Positions 18,056 through 26,289 are shown, numbered from the stretch's first letter. The stretch is 32,000 nucleotides of DNA from Thermosulfurimonas dismutans (GCF_001652585.1 NZ_LWLG01000002.1:30001-62000); one strand, 5' to 3'. A program made the numbers and translations. Notes: generated by a model from the letters alone, not told the origin.

Positions 18056-19216
18056 TTAACGCTCCTCCACCCAAAAGGTGAAACCTTTGAGATACAGGGT
18101 TTCGGGGTGGGCCGGATTTTCAGGATGATCCGGGGCCTGGAAATGACGAAACAGAAGACGTAAATTCTTATTTTTGGCTGCAGATCTTACTATGCGATAG
18201 AGGTCATCGGCCGTAAGAAATTGTGAACATGAGGAGGTAAAAAAGAACCCTCTCGACAGGGTTCTGATAGCCATACGGTTAACTTCCCGATACTTCTTAC
18301 GACCAGCCTCAAGAGCGCGGTAGCTCTTGATAAAGGCTGGGGGGTCAAGGATTATTACGCTGGCGTCAGGGGCGTCTCGCAGGAATTCTTCCACTCTGGC
18401 CTTAATCGGGAAAAGCCGATCCCAGAAGCCGTTTAGCCGGGCCATCTCCTCGGCCAGCTCAAGGGCCTTCTCCGACCGATCCACGGCAAAGACCCTTCTG
18501 GCTCCTCCGGAAAGGGCATAGAGACCAAAGGCCCCGGTGTAGGAAAAGAGATCCAACACCACGGCCTCCTGGGAGAGCTTCTTTATTACCCTCCGGTTTT
18601 CCCTCTGATCCAGGAAAAAACCTGTCTTCTGTCCATCCAGAGGATCTACCAGAAACCGCAGGCCATCCATCTGAATCTCAACGGGCCCGGAAAGATTTCC
18701 AAAAGGCACCTCTACGTAAAGCTCCAGGTCCTCTTCCCGCCTTACCGGAAGATCGTTTTTAAAAACCACCGTGGAAGGTGAAAGAAGCTCCCTCAACGCC
18801 GCCACGATCTCTTCTTTCACCCTCTCCATCCCGGCGGTTGAGATCTGGATCACAGCCACTCGTCCATAGATATCCACCGTAAGGCCCGGAAGGCCGTCCC
18901 CTTCCGCATGCACCAGACGGAAGGCCTCTTCCTTGGGATAAAGCTTTCGACGCAATTCAAGGGCTTGCCTGAAGACCTTTAGCAGAAAAGGCCGTCCGAG
19001 AGGTTCATCTTCCCTGGAAAAGATTCTTACCGGGATCCGGCTTTCGGGATGGAAGTATCCCCGGGCTAGGAAATATCCCTCCGGAGAGACGAGCCTTACT
19101 TCCGTTCCAGGGGTCTCCTCCGGCCACACGGCAAGATCCGGCCTCTCAAGCCAGAGTCTTCCCGAAAGGAAGGTCTTCAGGCCTTTTTCCGTAAGTTTAA
19201 GGCTTGTGATCTTCAC
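18056..19216 (-). CDS. class I SAM-dependent rRNA m5C methyltransferase, RlmI/YwbD-like (PUA + MTase)
   Basis: PUA-like N-terminus (LSGRLWLERPDL), SAM motif VLDLFSYTGAFG, AVDRS, and motif IV ILDPPAF. The GTG start overlaps the upstream cytochrome gene by 20 nt. Confidence 0.8.
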   Translation of the reverse strand: MKITSLKLTEKGLKTFLSGRLWLERPDLAVWPEETPGTEVRLVSPEGYFLARGYFHPESRIPVRIFSREDEPLGRPFLLKVFRQALELRRKLYPKEEAFRLVHAEGDGLPGLTVDIYGRVAVIQISTAGMERVKEEIVAALRELLSPSTVVFKNDLPVRREEDLELYVEVPFGNLSGPVEIQMDGLRFLVDPLDGQKTGFFLDQRENRRVIKKLSQEAVVLDLFSYTGAFGLYALSGGARRVFAVDRSEKALELAEEMARLNGFWDRLFPIKARVEEFLRDAPDASVIILDPPAFIKSYRALEAGRKKYREVNRMAIRTLSRGFFFTSSCSQFLTADDLYRIVRSAAKNKNLRLLFRHFQAPDHPENPAHPETLYLKGFTFWVEER

Positions 19217-20501
19217 GTAAGCGAATCTTCTTCAGGATTTCAAAGCTACGGAAGGTGTCCCCAGGCCCAATGGTATGGGGACTCACGGGCAATTCCACCG
19301 GACCTTTGGGATGCCAGTCATCCACCGGCACCTCTCCATCGGCCTTAACATAAGAGAGGTGGATATCAAGTATCGGCCGCATGAGACTCAACCGCCCCCG
19401 AGAGTCGAAGCCCAAAACTACTTCCTCGAAACTCCGGCGTTTAAGGGTCAGGAACCAGACCCCCGCACGACTTTGGCCAGAGATTGTGTCCTTCATCTTG
19501 GGCACAGGGGTCTTCCCCTGAAAATAAGTCAAAAAGAGGTCTTCCACCTCAGCATCTTCTTGCACGAAGAATTCCGACCACTCCTCCCAGTCAGGATCTT
19601 CGTAAAGGGTAAGGTAAAGACCTTCGTCCCTTGCCATCCAGACCGCATGGCAGACACTACACCTCACCCTTCCAAGAACTTCCCGGGTGTGAAAGGGTTT
19701 CCGGCCGAGGATTTTTTCATGACAGGAAAGGCAATCTTTTCTCGTACGGCCTTCCATGAGTTCTTCTTTTCCGTGGCAGTCCACACAGCCCATCCCCTTT
19801 TGGGCGTGCACATCTGGAGTCATCTCGTGAAACTCAATGCCCCAGGGCCTGGCCGGAAGATCGCCCTCCACCAGAGGGGTACGGAAGGCATAGGGAAGAT
19901 CATGAGCGAAAAAGCCGTAATAGTCCCAGCCCACCCGATTTCCGTAATGGCAGTGCAGACAGTTGCGAGGAGAAGGTTTCCCAAAGCGGTGATCTACAAG
20001 CTCCCCTCCGGCATAGGGTAAATGGCAAGCCGCACAGCCCGTCCCCCGCCTGGCCTCGGGATAGTCCTCTCCCTCGTAAAATAGATGGCACTTGAGACAA
20101 CGGCGCCGCATAAGATCGTAGAGAAGATCGCTTTTGGTCTTGATCCGATCAGGTTCAGGTATCTCGATAAAGTCTTTTACCTGTGGAAGACCGAAGGCCA
20201 TAAGGACGTTGTTAACCACCCCGGAGAGGGTGTAGTGCCGGGAATGTTCCAGAGAGGCGATTTCCTGCCCATGGCACTTTCCGCAGGCCGCCATCCAGTT
20301 TGAGGGATGGGCCGGCTTGGAAACCAGCCCCTGGTGAGCGGTCTCTTTTCGGGAAGCTTTATCGTTCCCAGAGTGACAACGGACGCAAGGAAAAGAATGG
20401 GCCGTATCCAGTTTTACCGGATGACATTTGATACACCCGGAGGAAGCCCAACCCAAACCCCCGGTTTGTAGAACAAAAAAGATCAGCACCAGAAGCCACA
20501 T
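19197..20501 (-). CDS. periplasmic multiheme c-type cytochrome (nine CXXCH motifs)
   Basis: Signal peptide MWLLVLIFFVLQTGGLGWASSG. The nine CXXCH sites are CIKCH, CVRCH, CGKCH, CLKCH, CAACH, CLHCH, CVDCH, CLSCH and CSVCH. A heme-free tail of ~140 aa follows. Confidence 0.85.
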   Translation of the reverse strand: MWLLVLIFFVLQTGGLGWASSGCIKCHPVKLDTAHSFPCVRCHSGNDKASRKETAHQGLVSKPAHPSNWMAACGKCHGQEIASLEHSRHYTLSGVVNNVLMAFGLPQVKDFIEIPEPDRIKTKSDLLYDLMRRRCLKCHLFYEGEDYPEARRGTGCAACHLPYAGGELVDHRFGKPSPRNCLHCHYGNRVGWDYYGFFAHDLPYAFRTPLVEGDLPARPWGIEFHEMTPDVHAQKGMGCVDCHGKEELMEGRTRKDCLSCHEKILGRKPFHTREVLGRVRCSVCHAVWMARDEGLYLTLYEDPDWEEWSEFFVQEDAEVEDLFLTYFQGKTPVPKMKDTISGQSRAGVWFLTLKRRSFEEVVLGFDSRGRLSLMRPILDIHLSYVKADGEVPVDDWHPKGPVELPVSPHTIGPGDTFRSFEILKKIRLREDHKP

Positions 20502-20566
20502 AGTAACTAATCATACCTCAAAATCTATGAGTTGCCTTCTCTCTCTCGGACGTATAAAGTGAATTT

Positions 20567-20852
20567 ATGGAAGCCATCTTTCCCGGATATGAAGGGAAAA
20601 TTCTGCCCGGTCCTTTCTCGGTAGAGGAATATCTGCGTCTAAAAGTTTTTTATTTATACGCAAATTCCAAGCCTCAAGGAGTACCTGATCCTCTCCCAAG
20701 ATCGGCCTGAAGTTCTGGTCTATCGCCGATCTCGCGACTGGGATGAGGAGCTTTATACGGATCTTGAAGACCGAGTGCGGTTGGAATGTCTGAATACGGG
20801 AATCAAGCTCTCCGAGCTTTACGCCAACCTTCCTCCGGCTGAAGAGGGCTAA
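20567..20852 (+). pseudogene. candidate small gene interrupted by a 1-nt frame change at a T6 run (or programmed +1 shift, or homopolymer error)
   Basis: ATG 20567 opens a 47-codon frame ending at TGA 20708. The +1 frame is open from 20641 to TAA 20850-20852 and reads ...EVLVYRRSRDWDEELYTDLEDRVRLECLNTGIKLSELYANLPPAEEG with gene-like codon structure. Joining the frames at TTTTTT (20646-20651) gives a 94-aa product. TTGCCT-15-TATAAA lies 8 nt upstream of the ATG. Confidence 0.25.
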
Positions 20853-21961
20853 AGCCCGCAAACCCTACGAGCAGCCTCATCGAGCATCCGCGGAAGCCCC
20901 CCCAGCTCCTGTGGTGTGAAACCGAAGGCCTCCTGCCAGACCTCCGGGCTTTCCATGCAGAGATATACACACACCTCGGAGGAGAAATCCCTTATCCTTT
21001 GATAGAGGGCTCGATACGCGGCCACCCTTAGGGGACGAAAATAACGACTCTTGCCATCGAGTCCGGTCACAAATTCACCGGCATAGATCCTGGTCTTCGG
21101 GAAACGCTCCTCGGCGATTTCCTTGAGTTCCTTTATGTATCTCAAGGTCCCCAGACTTATCCAGACGATCCTTTCCGCCGGCACGGCCTCAAAGATGGCC
21201 TCCACCACTTCGAGATAGGCCTCGATCGTCTCTGGGAAGAGCACAATGGGATCGAAATGGAAGGCCACCGCAAAACCGAGCTCCGCGGCCTTCTGGGCGG
21301 ACCGAAGACGCTCCTCAAGCCTGGCGGCCCCGATCTCCTCTTCCTCGGTCATCCTTCTGGTATTTACCGACCAGGCAAAGACGACTTTGGAAGTGCGAGG
21401 GAGATTGGCTAGCCATTCATCGGCAGGAGCCACTTTGGTCTTAAGTTCGAGGACTGCCGGAGGATCCTCTTCCACCCAGAAACGTACGAGTTTTTCGGCC
21501 ACCCCACAATAAGGCTCAAGGGCTAAGCTGTCCGCAAACTCCCCGGTGCCTATCCGGAGGATTCGACCAGAAGCCCTGGCAGAACCGAAGGCTTCCCTAA
21601 GCTCTGGAAGTCCATCCTCAAAAAGATTGGCCCAGAGTTTAAGTCCGGGACGATTGAGGTAGGCCTGCAGGATGCAGTAGGAACAGTCCAGCGGGCAACC
21701 TTCCCCGAAGTGAAAAATCAGGTAACCGCAGCAGAGATAAGCCGTGGTCCCCGGACAGGCACGGAAAAACTTGCCCGCATAGCGCAAAATGAAAAGCCTA
21801 TTTTTCCCCCAGGATAGAAGCTCCGGCCAGGGTTTAAAGGGAAAGGGATAATCCTTATAGGAAGGGATGACTTCTACCGGTAAGCCTTTGGCCCGGGAGA
21901 GGACCTCCCGGGTGAGCTCGTAACCGAGGGCCCCCTCCTCTACGAAAATTTCCGAGATCAC
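20849..21961 (-). CDS. spore-photoproduct-lyase-family radical SAM protein (SplB/COG1533-like)
   Basis: Radical SAM triad CPLDCSYC followed by ILQAY. It is colinear with the SPL family (RIGTGEFADS, ELKTK, FHFDPIV, ISLGTLRY). The GTG start overlaps the asd stop (GTGA). Confidence 0.65.
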   Translation of the reverse strand: MISEIFVEEGALGYELTREVLSRAKGLPVEVIPSYKDYPFPFKPWPELLSWGKNRLFILRYAGKFFRACPGTTAYLCCGYLIFHFGEGCPLDCSYCILQAYLNRPGLKLWANLFEDGLPELREAFGSARASGRILRIGTGEFADSLALEPYCGVAEKLVRFWVEEDPPAVLELKTKVAPADEWLANLPRTSKVVFAWSVNTRRMTEEEEIGAARLEERLRSAQKAAELGFAVAFHFDPIVLFPETIEAYLEVVEAIFEAVPAERIVWISLGTLRYIKELKEIAEERFPKTRIYAGEFVTGLDGKSRYFRPLRVAAYRALYQRIRDFSSEVCVYLCMESPEVWQEAFGFTPQELGGLPRMLDEAARRVCGL

Positions 21962-22983
21962 AGATATTCCTGGGCCAGGATTTCGGCAATCTGTACGGCG
22001 TTGGTGGCCGCCCCCTTGCGCAGGTTGTCCGCCACGATCCAGAGGTTGAGACCACTCTCGATAGACTCGTCCTCCCGAATGCGCCCCACGAAGACCTCAT
22101 CTCTTCCGGCCACCTGGATCTGCAGAGGATAGGCCTTGTTCTCGGGATCGTCTACGACCACCACCCCCGGAAAGTTTGAAAGAAGCTCCCGAGCCTTCTC
22201 CGGCGTGATCTTCTTTTCGGTCTCGATGTTCACGGCCTCGGCATGCCCGAAAAAGACCGGCACCCGCACCGTGGTGGCCGTAACCCTTATATTCTCGTCC
22301 TCCATGATTTTTTTGGTTTCATTTACCATCTTCATCTCTTCCTTGGTGTAGCCGTTATCAAGGAAGACATCTATGTGGGGCAGACAGTTGAAGGCGATCT
22401 GGTGAGGAAAGGCCTTGGGCTCAGGAAGAGTCTCCCCGGCGCACCAGGCCCTGACCTGGGCGGTGAGCTCGTCTATGGCCTTCTGTCCGGCCCCGGAGAC
22501 CGCCTGATAGGTGGAAACCACGATACGCTTGATGCGACCATAGTCATGGAGGGGTTTTAGCGGCACCACCATTTGAATGGTAGAACAGTTGGGGTTGGCG
22601 ATGATACCCTTGTTCTTGTAGCCGGCTACGGCATGCGGATTGACCTCCGGAACCACCAGCGGCACTTCGGGATCCATGCGCCAGGCACTGGAGTTATCCA
22701 CCACCACCGCTCCGTCCGCGGCAAAACGGGGGGCATACTCCAGGCTGCGGCTTCCACCGGCCGAAAAAAGGGCGATGTCAATCCCCTTGAAATTCGGGGT
22801 CTCAGAGAGGACTTCCACCGGGATCTCTTCCCCCCGAAACTTCAGTTTTTGCCCCCGAGATCTCTCCGAGGCAAAGAGCCTAAGGTTTTTCACCGGGAAG
22901 TTTCTTTCCTCTAGGACCCGAATCATCATCCGGCCCACGGCTCCCGTGGCCCCCACCACCGCGACGTTGAATTCCTTGGCCAT
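21958..22983 (-). CDS. asd: aspartate-semialdehyde dehydrogenase
   Basis: The start is set at ATG 22983 (MAKEFNVAVVGATGAVGR), which is preceded by AAAGGAGGT. The 46-codon upstream extension in the ORF track overlaps fadD and was discarded. Active-site motif NPNCSTIQ and C-terminal DNLRKGAA are present. Confidence 0.95.
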   Translation of the reverse strand: MAKEFNVAVVGATGAVGRMMIRVLEERNFPVKNLRLFASERSRGQKLKFRGEEIPVEVLSETPNFKGIDIALFSAGGSRSLEYAPRFAADGAVVVDNSSAWRMDPEVPLVVPEVNPHAVAGYKNKGIIANPNCSTIQMVVPLKPLHDYGRIKRIVVSTYQAVSGAGQKAIDELTAQVRAWCAGETLPEPKAFPHQIAFNCLPHIDVFLDNGYTKEEMKMVNETKKIMEDENIRVTATTVRVPVFFGHAEAVNIETEKKITPEKARELLSNFPGVVVVDDPENKAYPLQIQVAGRDEVFVGRIREDESIESGLNLWIVADNLRKGAATNAVQIAEILAQEYL

Positions 22984-22987
22984 CGTC

Positions 22988-24742
22988 CTACCTCCTTTCC
23001 CGTTTCTCGAAATCGGATATAAGTCTTGGGATGACAAGGTGTCTTTTGATCTTGCGGGTTGAGGTCTTGGGCAGTTCCTCATCCTGAATGATGAATTTTT
23101 TGACCCTTTTGTAATCCGCAAGCCGGTTCATCCGAGAACGAACCTCCCGGGCGATAAGCCTTTCCACATCGGCCTCGCTAAGGCGTTTTCCGTGAAACTC
23201 CCGCTCAATGGTCTCATAGTCCGGCACGATCACCGCCCAGACCTCTTCTCCTCCGTTTTTCGGAAAACCAAAAACCATACTTTCAAGGATGTAGGGACTC
23301 TTGTCAAGCTCGGCCTCCACCTCCTCGGGATAAACGTTTTTGCCCGCCGGGGTCACAATCAGATTTTTCGCCCGACCGCAGATGTGGACATAGCCCTCAG
23401 CATCAATATATCCCAGATCCCCCGTCTGCAAAAAACCCTCCTCATCAAAGGTAGCTCTAGTGGCCTCTGGGTTCTCGTAATAGCCCTTCATGATCATGGG
23501 ACCGTAGAAACAGAGCTCCCCTACGCCTTCCTCGTTCGGATTCCGGATCTTGACCTCCACCCCTGGAAGAGGAAGCCCCACACTTTCATCCTTGGGGGCC
23601 TCCGGAGGGTTCACCGTAAGCACCGGACTGGCCTCCGTAAGGCCATAGCCCTGAAGGAGCTTCAATCCCAATCTGCGAAAGGCCTTCGGAAGATGCGGAG
23701 GAAGCGGGGCTCCCCCGGAAACGAAAAAGCGGATATTTCCGAGCCCAGCTTTCTCCCTGAGGCTGCGAAAAAGAAGCTTTCCGGCTTCTTCCTCCCGTCC
23801 GAACCTTTCCGAAGCCCGCACCATACGCATAAGAGAACGAAACAGGGCCTTTTTCAGTAAAGGGGCCTTGGCGATGGCCCTCTCAAGACCTTCATACATC
23901 TTTTGAAAAAGCAGAGGAACCCCTAGCATGACCGTGGCCTGGCAGGCCTTCAGATCCGCCAGGATATCCCGAGATTTTAAACTTCGCGCAAAGGTAATGT
24001 GGCAGCCGGCATAAAGGGGAAGGAGAAACCCGGCCGTACACTCGAAAGTGTGATGCATGGGAAGCACCGAAAGGAACCGATCCCGATGATCGAAGGGCAG
24101 GCTCTGATAGCAGGCTGCCACATCGGAGATGATATTCCGGTGGGTCAACATGACCCCTTTGGCCTTGCCGGTAGTTCCGGAGGTGTAAATGATGGCGGCT
24201 ACCTCCTCCAGCTTCGGAAAGCGCAGTTCTTTGGGATGTTTCCGGCCTTTTTCCATCACCTCCGGTAGGAAGGTAACCTTTTTGGGATAATCGCCGGAAA
24301 CTTTTTCAAAAAGGATGATCTTTTTGAAAATTCCGAGTTCCTCGTCTATCTCGAGCACGGTCTCAAGGAACTTCGGAGCCACGAAAATGAACTTGACCCC
24401 GGCCTCCTCGAAGATGTGGCGGAACTCGAAGCCTTTGAGAAGGGAATCCGTGGGCACACAGATTCCCCCGGCCGAAAGAATCGAGAGATAGGCCAGGGCC
24501 CATTCCGGGGAATTCGGCCCCAAAATAGCACAACGGTCACCCCGAGAAAGCCCAAGGGCCATTAGGCCCGAGGAAAGCCACCTCACCCGATGCCCTAGCT
24601 CGTCGTAGGTCAAATGTTGATAGGCCCCGTCCCGAAAGACCGAAAGTGCCGGACGGGGCCCGTAATCCTTCACAGATTTGAAAAAGACCTCCGGTATGGA
24701 GGCAATACCCCGGTGTTCCCGAAAGACTTTAAGCGTCCGCAT
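22988..24742 (-). CDS. fadD: long-chain-fatty-acid--CoA ligase (AMP-forming acyl-CoA synthetase)
   Basis: AMP-binding signature YTSGTTGKAKGVMLTHRN, plus GYGLTE, TGDLGYIDAEGY and a C-terminal K in TRKIKR. It lies 5 nt downstream of the FadL-family gene. Confidence 0.85.
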   Translation of the reverse strand: MRTLKVFREHRGIASIPEVFFKSVKDYGPRPALSVFRDGAYQHLTYDELGHRVRWLSSGLMALGLSRGDRCAILGPNSPEWALAYLSILSAGGICVPTDSLLKGFEFRHIFEEAGVKFIFVAPKFLETVLEIDEELGIFKKIILFEKVSGDYPKKVTFLPEVMEKGRKHPKELRFPKLEEVAAIIYTSGTTGKAKGVMLTHRNIISDVAACYQSLPFDHRDRFLSVLPMHHTFECTAGFLLPLYAGCHITFARSLKSRDILADLKACQATVMLGVPLLFQKMYEGLERAIAKAPLLKKALFRSLMRMVRASERFGREEEAGKLLFRSLREKAGLGNIRFFVSGGAPLPPHLPKAFRRLGLKLLQGYGLTEASPVLTVNPPEAPKDESVGLPLPGVEVKIRNPNEEGVGELCFYGPMIMKGYYENPEATRATFDEEGFLQTGDLGYIDAEGYVHICGRAKNLIVTPAGKNVYPEEVEAELDKSPYILESMVFGFPKNGGEEVWAVIVPDYETIEREFHGKRLSEADVERLIAREVRSRMNRLADYKRVKKFIIQDEELPKTSTRKIKRHLVIPRLISDFEKRERR

Positions 24743-24747
24743 CGTCC

Positions 24748-25989
24748 CTAGAACCTGTAGCTCAGGTCGAAGGCCACGATGTGGGCCTCGCCCTCATAAG
24801 TACCACGGAGATAGGAGGTCTCCTCTCCGGGATGGGAGTCCTCCATGGTAAGATAAGTGTAAGCGAAGTTCACCCCCAAGTTCCCTTTCCGGTAGCCCAT
24901 ACCGAAGTTAAAAAGCTGCCGGTCGTCGGTGGGAAGCTCGGCCCCGCGGGTGTCGTCGTCAATGGGCGAGGGATCATAGACGTAGCCGAAGCGGAGAGTC
25001 CAGGTGTCGCTCAGGGCATACTCCACCCCGAACCGCACCGCCAGCACGTCGTCCCAGTCTTTGGGCTGGATTATGGAACCTGGTTTAGCAGGAAATTCCC
25101 CGGGTTCATATTCGTATTTGAATTTGAGTTGGTCATAGGTGCTCCAACCGCTCCATAAAAGATCAAAGCTTAAAGTCAAACGGGGAATGACGCGGGTGGT
25201 GATCCCCACCGAAAGGGTATCCGGAAGGTCAAGCAGCACTTCTCCATCGCCATTAATGAAAAGGCTGGAAGCAGGAAGAGGACCTAAGAAAATACCCTCT
25301 GTATTGTAGTATTTAGCGTCTCCTTCAAGATGTAAATTTATTTGCGAACGATAAATAATTCCTATCGCAGTGTCTTCACGAATTTTATAAGTGAGAGAAA
25401 CCAACCAACCCGCAGCCCAATCATCTCCGGTGAGTTTGGTTTTAATTGGTGTCCCAGGAACGAGGTATTTCCTCAATTCCGCATCTGCGTAAACCACCTG
25501 GGCCCCAAAACCAAAAGAAAGGCGATCCGTCAGCTTTACCGCTATCGAAGGCGTGAAAAAATAACAACGTAGGCTAGTATAGACCGCCTCGTAGCGCCCC
25601 TCCCAGTCGCCGTCCCAGTCAGTAGTAAGCCCGTAGGGGACGTTGAAGGAAAAGTTCAGGGTAAACCGGTCGTTCAAGGGATATGCGGCGTAAAGGAAAG
25701 GCAGGGGATGCACCATGTCGGTCATCTCGTAGTCTCGCCCGCTGTCGCTCTCAAACTCCACGGAGGGCATGACCAGAGCCAGACCAGTCATGACCTCCGG
25801 GTCCTTAAAGAAGGCCGTAGCCGAGGGGTTATACCAGACGGCCTCTACCATATCGGTCCTACCGGTCACCGCCGCCCCAAGCCCCATCACCCGGGCTGAC
25901 CCCTCGTTAAAAAGTTGAAAACCTGCCGCCCAGAGACTTCCCGTACAACTTATCCAAAGCATTAGTAGAATCATAAGACGTTTACGCAT
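24748..25989 (-). CDS. fadL: outer-membrane long-chain fatty acid / hydrophobic compound transporter, FadL/OmpP1/TodX family
   Basis: The start is set at ATG 25989 (MRKRLMILLML...), preceded by GGGAGGAGG. Signal peptide is present. The N-terminal hatch motif is GFQLFNEGSARVMGLGAA, beta-strand periodicity is visible, and the C-terminus ends in F (DLSYRF). Confidence 0.85.
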   Translation of the reverse strand: MRKRLMILLMLWISCTGSLWAAGFQLFNEGSARVMGLGAAVTGRTDMVEAVWYNPSATAFFKDPEVMTGLALVMPSVEFESDSGRDYEMTDMVHPLPFLYAAYPLNDRFTLNFSFNVPYGLTTDWDGDWEGRYEAVYTSLRCYFFTPSIAVKLTDRLSFGFGAQVVYADAELRKYLVPGTPIKTKLTGDDWAAGWLVSLTYKIREDTAIGIIYRSQINLHLEGDAKYYNTEGIFLGPLPASSLFINGDGEVLLDLPDTLSVGITTRVIPRLTLSFDLLWSGWSTYDQLKFKYEYEPGEFPAKPGSIIQPKDWDDVLAVRFGVEYALSDTWTLRFGYVYDPSPIDDDTRGAELPTDDRQLFNFGMGYRKGNLGVNFAYTYLTMEDSHPGEETSYLRGTYEGEAHIVAFDLSYRF

Positions 25990-26102
25990 AACCAAACCTC
26001 CTCCCTTGAAATCCTATCCCAGATACCCGAAAAACTGAGAAAAGACAAGAGTTTAGAGAGGAGAGAGGATTAACTTGGAAAGTTTATAAAGAGAGGAACT
26101 AT

Positions 26103-26131
26103 TTTAGAGAATGGTGCTTTAGAGATGGTGC
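26103..26131 (-). repeat. tandem direct duplication of the tRNA-Leu 3' end plus flank
   Basis: On the + strand, TTTAGAGAATGGTGC (26103-26117) is followed directly by TTTAGAGATGGTGC (26118-26131). The second copy contains the tRNA 3' terminus (GCACCA on the minus strand). A third TTTAGAGA copy lies at 26052-26059. Confidence 0.6.
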
Positions 26132-26212
26132 CGAGGGCGGGACTCGAACCCGCACGGGCTTACGCCCACTGCCCCCTCAAGACAGCGTGTCTACCAATTC
26201 CACCACCTCGGC
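26126..26212 (-). tRNA. tRNA-Leu (anticodon GAG), class II with long variable arm, CCA encoded
   Basis: Hand-folded cloverleaf of 87 nt. Acceptor stem GCCGAGG/CCTCGGC, anticodon stem CTGTC/GGCAG with loop TTGAGGG (anticodon GAG), variable-arm hairpin GGGC-GTAA-GCCC, T arm GCGGG-TTCGAGT-CCCGC, discriminator A and CCA. Confidence 0.95.
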
Positions 26213-26221
26213 GTTACTAAT

Positions 26222-26250
26222 TACATAAACCGAGAGCCGTGGCTCGTCAA
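26222..26250 (-). promoter_or_regulatory. sigma70-like promoter TTGACG-17-TATGTA for tRNA-Leu
   Basis: On the minus strand, TTGACG (26250-26245) is followed by a 17-nt spacer and TATGTA (26227-26222). The -10 ends 9 nt before the mature tRNA 5' end. Confidence 0.45.
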
Positions 26251-26253
26251 GAG

Positions 26254-26289
26254 TATAAAAATTGGGGGGCCGGAATCCTTCCGGCCCCC
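26254..26289 (-). terminator. Rho-independent terminator of hcp
   Basis: On the minus strand, GGGGGCCGG - 7-nt loop - CCGGCCCCC (26289-26265) is followed by CAAUUUUUAUAC. It begins 8 nt after the hcp stop. Confidence 0.7.

Noticed and set aside
19275-20021. 248-aa + strand ORF
   Set aside because: It is antisense to the nonaheme cytochrome gene. No motifs and no SD.
20565-20861. 98-aa minus-strand ORF between the SPL-like and cytochrome genes
   Set aside because: I did not adopt it as a feature. It contains no ATG, its only start is a TTG inside the upstream gene with a weak SD, and its codon structure is less gene-like than the opposite strand. It remains the alternative hypothesis in the corresponding finding.
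22984-23121. 46-codon N-terminal extension of asd in the ORF track
   Set aside because: It overlaps the fadD 3' end. The conserved Asd N-terminus (MAKEFNVAVVGATGAVG) starts at ATG 22983, directly after an AAAGGAGGT SD.
23192-23860. 222-aa + strand ORF
   Set aside because: It is antisense to the acyl-CoA synthetase gene, so this is a shadow frame.
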